Position numbers and translations under genes: made by a program. From positions 11,332-43,331 of the forward strand of contig DAIDHB010000418.1 in assembly GCA_027452145.1 (NCBI GenBank): DNA of 32,000 bases. The letters are read 5' to 3'. The DNA comes from Planctomycetales bacterium (GTDB taxonomy: Bacteria > Planctomycetota > Planctomycetia > Isosphaerales > Isosphaeraceae). The first letter of the stretch is position 1. Each line of letters begins with the position of its first letter. Under the pieces are notes generated by a model. That model had not been told where the DNA came from, ran no database searches, and saw only the letters and a program-made list of their open reading frames with translations. Shown here one piece after another: positions 1-7,077 of this stretch.

Positions 1-354
1 CCCGTCGAACAGGAAGAACGTCCGCGGGTCGCCCAGTACCCCGTATCCGCCCATGCTGTCGCCGAACGCCAGGCTGAAGCCGACCAGCACCCAGAGCAGG
101 CTGATCACGCCGAGCGCCACGATGCTCTGCAACATCGTCGAGACCACGTTTTTCAGGCTGACCATGCCGCCGTAGAAGAACGACAGCCCCGGCGTCATCA
201 AGAGCACCAGCGCCGAGGACGTCAGCATCCAGGCCACGTCGCCCGAGTTGATCGCCTCGCCGGCCGGCGCCGTGGACGTCCCCTTGGGCACAAACAAGGC
301 CGCCGCGGCCAGCACCACAAGTACGAGGAACGGAAATGAAGCTGCACGTTTCAT
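1..354 (-). CDS. amtB: Ammonium transporter (Amt family), N-terminal part; the gene continues past the left window edge
   Basis: My own minus-strand translation from the ATG at 354-352 gives MKRAASFPFLVLVVLAAAALFVPKG...GDVAWMLTSSALVLLMTPGLSFFYGGMVSLKNVVSTMLQSIVALGVISLLWVLVGFSLAFG. This is a signal/TM segment followed by the Amt-family AWxLxSxALVLLMTPGLxFFYGG signature. It is absent from the ORF track because the window edge truncates it. Confidence 0.85.
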   Translation of the reverse strand, partial: MKRAASFPFLVLVVLAAAALFVPKGTSTAPAGEAINSGDVAWMLTSSALVLLMTPGLSFFYGGMVSLKNVVSTMLQSIVALGVISLLWVLVGFSLAFGDSMGGYGVLGDPRTFFLFDG

Positions 355-527
355 GAGCAAACCCGACCTTTTCTTGTGCAATGTCGCCGCCCACACGGAG
401 CCCGACAGCCGCTCCCTCGCGCGGACACTGTCGAGGGCACTCTTCCCAAGTTCCTGCCTGGCTTAGCCTTGAGCCGACAAGATCCGATACGGGCGGGGCG
501 GAGAGTGAGAATTCGCCCATGACCTAG

Positions 528-544
528 GGCGAATGTCGTGCCGA
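528..544 (-). promoter_or_regulatory. Candidate sigma-54 (-24/-12) promoter reading toward amtB
   Basis: The minus strand reads TCGGCACGACATTCGCC, against the consensus TGGCACG-N4-TTGCW. The GG and GC dinucleotides are correctly spaced and there are two mismatches. It lies about 175 nt upstream of the amtB ATG. It overlaps an 8-bp inverted repeat, ATTCGCCC (511-518) / GGGCGAAT (527-534), which weakens the call. Confidence 0.2.
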
Positions 545-694
545 TGAGCGACACAGGCCGATCGGCGGCATGCCCGATGGCCCAGCATGCCGCAAATCGC
601 CGGTCGAATCTGAAACCCGGACTCGTCTCGCGGGTTAGAGGATTGGTGGGCACGTGGGGTGGGATCGGAAGGTCGGCCGGCGAGGGCTTCGATC

Positions 695-1684
695 ATGGCG
701 GTCGGCATCTGGTCCGCGTCTCTGGGGATCGCACTGGCGACGATCGGAGGGCCGGGCGACGGGGCGAAGCGCGCCGCCTTGCCGCCGGGGCGGCCCTACG
801 TCCTGAAGATCACCGGGAATAACACGATCACCTTCGTCCCCCAGGCCGGGCTGAACCCGCTGGCGATCGACTATCGGGCCGAGGTCGGTTACCTGGTGAA
901 CTCGCGAGCGATCGAGCCGGGCCGGGTGAAGGCGGTCCCCTCGCGGGCGAGAGCCGGCCGCCGGGGATCGCGCACGGCCAGCCAGGGCGACGAGACTGGT
1001 GGCGAGGAGGAGCGTCCCGGCGTGGTCGCCGCGGTCGACCTGGCCCTCCACGCGGCCGAGTGGACCGTGCGCCACGACGGGAAGATGTTCGTCGAGGCGC
1101 GGCTCAGCCGGGCGCGGTTCCGGGGACGTCTGCGGCCGGAGGCTCCGATGATCTCCGTCGCCTACAACGAGGCACCGCCGGCCCTGCACGAGCTGCTCAA
1201 CGTCTTCGACACCACGGCGGCCTCGCTCCTGATCGACGACCGCGCCCGCGTGGTGAGGCGTCGCATCCGCAACGAGGCGCCGATGCACGCCCTGGTCGAG
1301 ACGCTGCTGTCGATTCATACGCCGATCCCCCGGGATGTCGGCGCGTGGGAGGCCCCGACCCGCCTCGCGATGGGGCACGGACAGACCGCCAGCGGAATGC
1401 TCCGCTTCGAGAAGGTAAAGCCGGCCGGCCCGGAGCGCGGCGGCGCGGTGAAGGTCAAGGTCTCCGGCGTCCTGAAGGCCGAGGGCGCGGTCGTCGGCAA
1501 CCTGGTCAAGGACGGCACCTACACCGTCCTCGGCGAGCAGTCGTACGACCCGCGCGCCCGCGAGTGGGTCTCCGCCCGGTGGTCCGTCGAGATCCGCACC
1601 GAGCTCGCCAGCCAGGGCGCCACGGTGGCGCACGGACAGGGCAAGATGCTCGTCGAGGCCGAGCCCTTCGTGGACAGGAAATGA
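695..1684 (+). CDS. Hypothetical secreted protein
   Basis: This is track ORF 659..1684. I prefer the internal ATG at 695 because it gives the signal-like N-terminus MAVGIWSASLGIALATIGG. The frame has high GC3 and a normal amino-acid mix (K, Y, F, N, I present). The overlapping minus ORF 635..1633 has R/G/P/D-rich antisense character. No family was recognised. Confidence 0.6.
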   Translation: MAVGIWSASLGIALATIGGPGDGAKRAALPPGRPYVLKITGNNTITFVPQAGLNPLAIDYRAEVGYLVNSRAIEPGRVKAVPSRARAGRRGSRTASQGDETGGEEERPGVVAAVDLALHAAEWTVRHDGKMFVEARLSRARFRGRLRPEAPMISVAYNEAPPALHELLNVFDTTAASLLIDDRARVVRRRIRNEAPMHALVETLLSIHTPIPRDVGAWEAPTRLAMGHGQTASGMLRFEKVKPAGPERGGAVKVKVSGVLKAEGAVVGNLVKDGTYTVLGEQSYDPRAREWVSARWSVEIRTELASQGATVAHGQGKMLVEAEPFVDRK

Positions 1685-1784
1685 CGCGAGTGGAAACGTC
1701 CCAGAGGACGAGCGCGGCCCCCGGCTCGCCCGGGACCCTCCCTCTGGAACCGACCTTCCGAACCGAAGCCCTCGGACGACCCGC

Positions 1785-2216
1785 TCAGGCCCTCGAATCG
1801 GCGAGCGTGGGGTAGTCCACCGTGTCCTCCTCGCCGCGGCGCCAGTCGTTCCGGGCGTCGCGGATCGCCTGCGCGCGGCTCCGGGAAAACTCGACCTGAT
1901 CGTCGAGCCCGATCAGCGACGCGCCGAGCCGCAGGATATCGTCGAGATTGCAGAGCCTCACGCGACCGGCCCGGCGTACGAACCGGGCGATCTCGGCGAA
2001 GACGGTGCTGCCGAGCGAGCGGACGTTCGCGAAGTCGATGACGAAGTTATGGGGTAAGCCGGGCTGGATCAGCGAATCGAGCTGCTCGGCCAGCTCCTCG
2101 GCCTGGACTGGCCCGACGATCTCGGGACTCAGGAACTCGATGACCAGTACTTCCGCATCGTCCCCGCCTATGGCCTCGCAGGCGATGTGGGCATGAGTGA
2201 TCGGCGCCGCCGTCAT
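1785..2216 (-). CDS. STAS-domain protein (anti-sigma-factor-antagonist-like)
   Basis: The track ORF 1785..2330 contains the SpoIIAA-like pattern VLVIEFLSPEIVGPVQAEELAEQLDSLI...NFVIDFANVRSLGSTVFAEIARFVRRAGRVRLCNLDDILRLGASLIGLDDQVEF. I set the start at the ATG at 2216 (MTAAPITHAH) because GGAGGAG lies 7 nt upstream on the minus strand. Confidence 0.75.
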   Translation of the reverse strand: MTAAPITHAHIACEAIGGDDAEVLVIEFLSPEIVGPVQAEELAEQLDSLIQPGLPHNFVIDFANVRSLGSTVFAEIARFVRRAGRVRLCNLDDILRLGASLIGLDDQVEFSRSRAQAIRDARNDWRRGEEDTVDYPTLADSRA

Positions 2217-2455
2217 GGAATCACTCCTCCGGATGTGGATGGAACGGACAGATTCGACATGCGCAGGACAAGAGTGCAAAGGAGATGCCGACTCAGGACG
2301 CGCCTGGATCCTATCCGGATCCTGTTTCATGCCTTCGACTTATGCGCCTGTCTTTCGTCTTCGTCCTCCCATCCGGGGTGTTCCTTCTTTCCTATTCGCT
2401 CTCCAATCTTCAATGGCATGACGCCGCGGGGCCCATTCGCCGCTCACGAAGGCAC

Positions 2456-4006
2456 TCAGAAGCGGAAGATCACATCGACCGCCAGGGTGAGCTGGCTGCC
2501 GCGGGTGTCGTTGCTGTAGGGGGCGCCGAACTGCGCCCAGTCGTAGCGGGCCTCGGGCCGGATCCAGACCGGGTCCCACGGCTTGTAGATCAGGCCCAGG
2601 GTCATCTCGTGGTAGGTGTCGGGATACCCGGTACGGTCGCCGGTGGGGTCCCAGAAGATCTCGCTCCGCCAGACGCCGGTGACCTTGGGATTGAACTGGT
2701 AGAGGAACCAGTTGCCGATGCTGAACCACTCGGCCGTGCGCGATGCGCCATTCTTGCCGTTGGACGCCAGGCCGGGGACGTTCAGCTCCCACCCCTGATC
2801 GGACTCGATGACCTGGGTCAGCTTCTCCGTCCACTTGTAGGTGAAGACGGTGGTGAACAGCGTCCGATCGTCGCCCGCGTAGCCGGGATTGCGCTTCCTG
2901 GCGAGGCTGGGGATGTTGACGTAGCCGGTGGGATACAGCGGCTGGTTGCTCGGGAGGAAGCGCGGGAACTGGTCGGGCCCCCACACGCAGGTGAACGCGA
3001 GGTTGGCGCGGCTGTCGCGCGAGGTCCACGAGAAGCCGCCGATGTATCCCCACTTATAGTTCTGGTCGATCCAGCGGTCCCAGCCGTTGATCGTCCCGTT
3101 ATACAGGTTGATGCGCGGCGTCAGGTGCAGGGTGGTCAGGACGCCGACGTGACGGAACGGCTGACCGTAGTTGAACATGTAAGGGACGGACAGGAGCGGC
3201 CGGGCGATGGCCGGCACCTGCTCGTAGCCGGCGAGCGTGTACCAGAGGCCCCCCTTCACGTCGAGGCCGCCGGGCGTGAGGACCGGCAGGTGCACCTCGC
3301 CGTAGAGCTGCGACAGGTCATATCCGGCGAACTGGCCCGGCGGGAAGGCCCGGTTGAACAGGCCCTGGTTGTAGTTGAACTGCCAGTCGTTGCCGAGCAT
3401 GTTGTCCATGCGGAAGCCGAAATTCACCGAATCGTTCAGCTCGAGCGGGTTCTCGAAGACGAGGTAATACTGGTTGCCCATCCACGAGTCGGCCTTGAAG
3501 TTGGGCGTGACGCCGAAATTCACCCCATTGCCGCGGCCGTTGGCATTGCCGGTGTAGCTGTTCTGGATCCAGCCGTAGACCTTCACGGGCGAGTCGCGCA
3601 TCTGGAGCGTCTTCATCAGAAGCGTCAGGGGCACCGGCGACGGCTGCGCGGCCGCCTCCTCCTCGGCGACGGCCTCGGTCGGCTCGCCGCCGCCCAGCCC
3701 TCGCTCCTCGGCCGGCACGGTCAGGTCCGGCGTCGGCACGTCGCTCGTCGGCGCCGCCGTCGCTCCCGCTCCCGCTCCCCCGCCCGTTTGCTGGGTGCGC
3801 ACCACCGCCGGATCGGGCGCAGACCGCCGCGGCGGCGGGATCACCGGACGATCCGGGGATTCCGTCGGCGTTTGATCGCCGCTGACATACCGCCGAGGCG
3901 GCGGGATCACCGTTCGCGCCGCGGGCCGATCGCGATCGGCCTCATCGTCCGCTGCGCATGACCCCGACATCCCCAGCACCGTGAAGGCCAGGACCCAGTG
4001 CATCAT
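2456..4006 (-). CDS. Outer-membrane beta-barrel protein with a Pro/Glu/Arg-rich N-terminal linker
   Basis: This is the C-terminal 516 codons of track ORF 2456..4972. The start is the ATG-ATG at 4006 (MMHWVLAFTVLGMSGSCAADDE, a signal peptide). About 110 aa of low-complexity sequence follow, then Gly/Asn/Tyr/Trp-rich alternating-strand sequence. It ends in the typical OMP beta-signal ...LTLAVDVIFRF. The rest of the 838-aa ORF is antisense to rpe. Confidence 0.8.
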   Translation of the reverse strand: MMHWVLAFTVLGMSGSCAADDEADRDRPAARTVIPPPRRYVSGDQTPTESPDRPVIPPPRRSAPDPAVVRTQQTGGGAGAGATAAPTSDVPTPDLTVPAEERGLGGGEPTEAVAEEEAAAQPSPVPLTLLMKTLQMRDSPVKVYGWIQNSYTGNANGRGNGVNFGVTPNFKADSWMGNQYYLVFENPLELNDSVNFGFRMDNMLGNDWQFNYNQGLFNRAFPPGQFAGYDLSQLYGEVHLPVLTPGGLDVKGGLWYTLAGYEQVPAIARPLLSVPYMFNYGQPFRHVGVLTTLHLTPRINLYNGTINGWDRWIDQNYKWGYIGGFSWTSRDSRANLAFTCVWGPDQFPRFLPSNQPLYPTGYVNIPSLARKRNPGYAGDDRTLFTTVFTYKWTEKLTQVIESDQGWELNVPGLASNGKNGASRTAEWFSIGNWFLYQFNPKVTGVWRSEIFWDPTGDRTGYPDTYHEMTLGLIYKPWDPVWIRPEARYDWAQFGAPYSNDTRGSQLTLAVDVIFRF

Positions 4007-4414
4007 CCGGATATCTCGCAGTTCAAACAGAATACCCAGTTGACGCAAATCTCCGGGGAGAGCGGAGTTCGCGACGTTACCAGCCAGACCGAGCGCTCGG
4101 GCACCCGACCGGCCCGGACACAGCCGTTCGTCGGCCTTGTCGATGATCGACCAGCCATCGAACCTTGACGACTGTTCGGCTTGTATCGGCCATACAAATG
4201 GATTTCTCGACAAGATCCATGCCCATCGCCCGGGAATCCGCGCCAGGCCGGGTGGCCGGCGTCCTCCTGGAAACCGGGGGACGATTCGGGTGAAATGGGA
4301 CGACGCCCGTTCGTTCGCGGCCCGACACCGAATCGACCGGGCCGGCGGTGTGATGATGGACCCCGCACCCAGGTGCAAGCCCAGCGAGTCCCGGACAGGA
4401 AACAGGCAGCGACC

Positions 4415-5101
4415 ATGAGCATTCGACCCGAAGCGATCAAGCTTGCGCCGTCGATCCTGGCGGCGGACGTGTCCCGCCTGGCCGAGGAGGTGTCGGCGGT
4501 GGTGGCGGCGGGGGCCGACCGGATTCACGTCGACGTGATGGACGGCCACTTCGTGCCGAACCTGACGTTCGGCCCGGTGATCGTCCGCCGGCTGCGGCCG
4601 GTGTGCCCGATCCCGCTCGAGGTGCACCTGATGATCGAGGAGCCCGATCGTTACATCGAGGCGTTCGCCGAGGCCGGCGCGGATACCCTGATCGTCCACC
4701 AGGAGGGGGGTATCCACCTCAATCGCACGGTCCAGGCGATCCACGCGCTGGGCAAGCGCGCGGGCGTGGCGATCAACCCGGCGACGCCCGCCTCGCTGGT
4801 CGAGGAGATCCTGCCCAACCTCGAGCTGTTGCTGGTCATGACGGTGAACCCAGGCTTCGGCGGCCAGCAGTTCCTCGCCGGCACGCTGCCGAAGCTGCGG
4901 CGGGCCAGGGCCATGATCGACCAGGTTCGCCCCGACTGCGAGCTCGAGGTCGACGGCGGCATCGAGCCGCACACGATCAACCAGGTCGTGACGGCGGGCG
5001 CCACGGTGATCGTCGCCGGCTCGTCCGTGTTCGGTGCCCCGGGCGGCGCCGCCGATGGCATGGCGCGCCTGCTCCAGGCGATCGAGTCAAACCGGGCCTG
5101 A
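4415..5101 (+). CDS. rpe: Ribulose-phosphate 3-epimerase
   Basis: From the ATG at 4415 the product reads MSIRPEAIKLAPSILAADVSRLAEEV...GADRIHVDVMDGHFVPNLTFGPVIV...LEVHLMIEEPDRYIEAFAEAGADTLIVH...LLLVMTVNPGFGGQQF...LEVDGGI. These are canonical Rpe motifs along the full length. Confidence 0.95.
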   Translation: MSIRPEAIKLAPSILAADVSRLAEEVSAVVAAGADRIHVDVMDGHFVPNLTFGPVIVRRLRPVCPIPLEVHLMIEEPDRYIEAFAEAGADTLIVHQEGGIHLNRTVQAIHALGKRAGVAINPATPASLVEEILPNLELLLVMTVNPGFGGQQFLAGTLPKLRRARAMIDQVRPDCELEVDGGIEPHTINQVVTAGATVIVAGSSVFGAPGGAADGMARLLQAIESNRA

Positions 5102-5293
5102 CCGATCCGGATCGAATCCCCAGCGATCCGATCACTCGATCTTCACGCCCGGCAGCGATTCCTGCCGGTGCCGGGCCTCAGCGTGCGACGGCCCCGACGC
5201 ACCGGCAACGGCGGGGTCGTTCGGGCGCGCTCGTCGCCCCGGTTCCACCGGAGACGCCGCCGCGCGCCGGACTATTACGCCGGCATGAAGGGA

Positions 5294-5344
5294 GTCGGGC
5301 ATTCTTGCCCGACAGGGCCGGTGCGTCGGGCAAGAATGTCCGAG
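5294..5344. repeat. Palindromic repeat family 2, copy A (double hairpin)
   Basis: The sequence is GTCGGGCATTCTTGCCCGAC (5294-5313, self-complementary 8-bp stem with TTCT loop), an 11-nt spacer, then GTCGGGCAAGAATGTCCGAG (5325-5344, near reverse complement of the first arm). A second copy lies at 30987-31038. This copy sits between the convergent rpe and VOC genes. Confidence 0.8.
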
Positions 5345-5381
5345 CTACCTGAGGATCTTTGCTGCCGAAGTAATAGTCCGC

Positions 5382-5816
5382 TCAGCTCGCTGGGGGAGCC
5401 GGGGGCACGCTGACCATCCAGCGAAGGCCGAAGCGGTCGGTGACCATCCCGAAGCAGGAGGACCAGAACGTCGAGGAAATCGGCATGTCGATGGTCCCCC
5501 CATCGGCGAGGGCATCGAAGGCTCGCCGGGCATCCGCCTCCGTCGGGACGACCAGCGCGAGCCCCATCCCGTCGAATTTCGAATTGGCATCGACGCCGTC
5601 GCTGGCCATCAACGGGATTCCGCGGACGCGGAACGAGGCGTGCATGATCTTCTTCTCGAACCCCGGCGCCAGCATCCCGGGCGGCGGCGGTGTCGGGCAC
5701 TCGTCATAGCGCATCACCATGTCGACTTCGGCGCCGAGGGCCTGACGGTAGAACTCCAGGGCTTCCTCGCAACGCCCGCTGAAATCCAGGTACGGGGTGA
5801 TCGTCGTGCCGGCCAT
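5382..5816 (-). CDS. VOC-superfamily / PhnB-like protein
   Basis: The product reads MAGTTITPYLDFSGRCEEALEFYRQALGAEV...IMHASFRVRGIPLMASDG...MGLALVVPTEADARRAFDALADGGTIDMPISSTFWSSCFGMVTDRFGLRWMV. This is the typical PhnB-like glyoxalase-fold pattern. Confidence 0.85.
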   Translation of the reverse strand: MAGTTITPYLDFSGRCEEALEFYRQALGAEVDMVMRYDECPTPPPPGMLAPGFEKKIMHASFRVRGIPLMASDGVDANSKFDGMGLALVVPTEADARRAFDALADGGTIDMPISSTFWSSCFGMVTDRFGLRWMVSVPPAPPAS

Positions 5817-5924
5817 GAATCCTACTCACCTTCTTCATTGAGGGTTTTTCGACCATCTCCTGCGGCGGCACCCTGCCGCCCATCGACCTGTTCTCCATCT
5901 CGTCGCTCGAGGGCCGCGGGAATC

Positions 5925-5950
5925 GACGGAACGTCCGATTTTTTGCGACA
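5925..5950 (-). promoter_or_regulatory. Candidate ECF-type promoter upstream of the VOC gene at 5816
   Basis: The minus strand reads TGTCGC (5950-5945), a 16-nt spacer AAAAAATCGGACGTTC, then CGTC (5928-5925). It is about 110-135 nt upstream of the ATG at 5816. It is part of a roughly 30-nt module repeated at 6843-6868. Confidence 0.3.
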
Positions 5951-5987
5951 CGTCCTTCGGACGCTTAAAGCACGTCGCCCCTCAATT

Positions 5988-6017
5988 CTTTTTTCGCGTC
6001 TTTCGCGCTTTTCGCGG
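5988..6017. repeat. Palindromic repeat family 1, half copy (right arm only)
   Basis: Three 9-nt units, TTTCGCGTC TTTCGCGCT TTTCGCGGTT, abut the stop codon (6018-6020) of the DGPF gene. They are the reverse complement of the ACCGCGAAA-type units at 18677-18704. The left arm (about 5912-5940) is degenerate. Confidence 0.6.
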
Positions 6018-6779
6018 TTAAACCCGGGCCTCCTTCAGGCTGGACATGTCGAACAGCGGCCGGACCTCGACGGCGCCGGCGCGTGCGCCGGGGTGCTGGG
6101 CCGCGAGGCGCAGGGCGGCCTCGCGGTCCTCGGCCAGGATGAGGTAGTAGCCGCCGAGGGCCTCGTGCGTCTCGGCGAACGGGCCGTCGGTGATGAGGCG
6201 GCGGCCGTCGCGGACCCGGACGCATGTCGCGGTTGCGGCCGGGTGGAGCGGCGAGGCACCGAGATATCGCCCCTCGTCCGAGAGCTGACGCGCGAGCCCC
6301 AGGCCCTCCTTCCGGGCCGAATCGAGTGCCTCGGGCCCGGCGGCCTGCCAGGCGGCCTCGTCGTCGTAGCAGAGGAGCAAGAACGCGGTTCGCGAGCCGT
6401 CAACGGTATTGCCCAGCACCGGGCGATCGGGCGGAAGCCCCTCCATCGGCACCAGCGGGCGGATCTCGACGGTCCCCTTCTGGGCAGGCGGCAGGCGCCC
6501 GGCGACCGCGATCGCCTCGTCGAGATCCGGCAGGTCGACCAGGTAATAACCGCCGAGGGCCTCGGTCGTCTCGGCGAACGGGCCGTCGGTGACGAGCGAC
6601 TGGCCGTCCCGCACCCGGACGGTGGCCGCGGTCGCGACCGGCTGGAGCGGCGATGCGCCCAGAAAAACCCCGCGGGCCGCCAGTTCGTCGCAGACGACCA
6701 TCGAGTCGGCCATGCAGGCCCGCCGCTCGTCGTCGGTCCAGGCGTCCTCGGCGCCGTAGATCAGCATCATGTATTTCAT
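6018..6779 (-). CDS. Tandem (two-domain) YCII-related / DGPF protein
   Basis: There are two YCII-like modules. The first is MKYMMLIYGAED...VTDGPFAETTEALGGYYLVDLPDLDEAIAVAGRLP...VEIRPL. The second is AFLLLCYDDEAAW...ITDGPFAETHEALGGYYLILAEDREAALRLAAQHP...VEVRPL. The duplication is also visible at DNA level, with a period of about 399 nt. Confidence 0.9.
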   Translation of the reverse strand: MKYMMLIYGAEDAWTDDERRACMADSMVVCDELAARGVFLGASPLQPVATAATVRVRDGQSLVTDGPFAETTEALGGYYLVDLPDLDEAIAVAGRLPPAQKGTVEIRPLVPMEGLPPDRPVLGNTVDGSRTAFLLLCYDDEAAWQAAGPEALDSARKEGLGLARQLSDEGRYLGASPLHPAATATCVRVRDGRRLITDGPFAETHEALGGYYLILAEDREAALRLAAQHPGARAGAVEVRPLFDMSSLKEARV

Positions 6780-6791
6780 TTGGTAGGAGCT

Positions 6792-6810
6792 GGGGGTTAG
6801 GGGTTAGGGG
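6792..6810 (+). repeat. Short G-tract repeat GGGGGTTAGGGGTTAGGGG
   Basis: Read directly from the sequence. It lies 13-31 nt upstream of the DGPF gene ATG (6779, minus strand). The transcript would therefore carry CCCCTAACCCCTAACCCCC in its leader. Confidence 0.7.
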
Positions 6811-6958
6811 CCAGGAATTCAGGACGACGGGCGAGCCGAAACGTCGCATGCGACACGCCCTCCGATCGAGAAGGCGAGCCTCCTGGCGAGCCGGCGCGCG
6901 GTGGAGCTTCAGCCAGTCGGGCGCGGGTCTCACGACCCCGCCGGGCAGCCGGATCTTC

Positions 6959-7037
6959 ACCACGAATGGCACGAATACCACGAATTCAAGGGAGGATCGG
7001 CGTATCTCCCATTCGTGCCCTTCGTGTCATTCGTGGT
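6959..7037. repeat. Palindromic repeat family 1 copy (3 + 3 inverted 9-nt units)
   Basis: The sequence is ACCACGAAT GGCACGAAT ACCACGAAT, then the loop TCAAGGGAGGATCGGCGTATCTCCC, then ATTCGTGCC CTTCGTGTC ATTCGTGGT. The outer 9 bp are perfectly complementary. It lies 41 nt 3' of the stop of the 7078..7602 gene. Confidence 0.8.
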
Positions 7038-7077
7038 CGGGATCGGTGGTCGAAATCCGGTGCCTGGGGATCCGTTC

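Noticed and set aside
635-1633. 332-aa minus-strand ORF overlapping the 695..1684 gene
   Set aside because: It has the R/G/P/D/L-rich composition typical of antisense frames in GC-rich DNA. The plus-strand frame has a signal peptide and a normal amino-acid mix.
2285-3961. 558-aa plus-strand ORF
   Set aside because: It is antisense to the well-supported OMP gene. The product is arginine/glycine/proline-rich with no recognisable motif.
4007-4972. N-terminal 322 codons of the 838-aa minus ORF 2456..4972
   Set aside because: This part runs antisense through the unambiguous rpe gene and through intergenic sequence. The OMP has a proper signal peptide starting at the ATG at 4006.
6792-6810. TTAGGGG repeats as a telomere or a linear-replicon end
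   Set aside because: There are only about 2.5 units, and they are embedded between ordinary genes in the middle of a contig.
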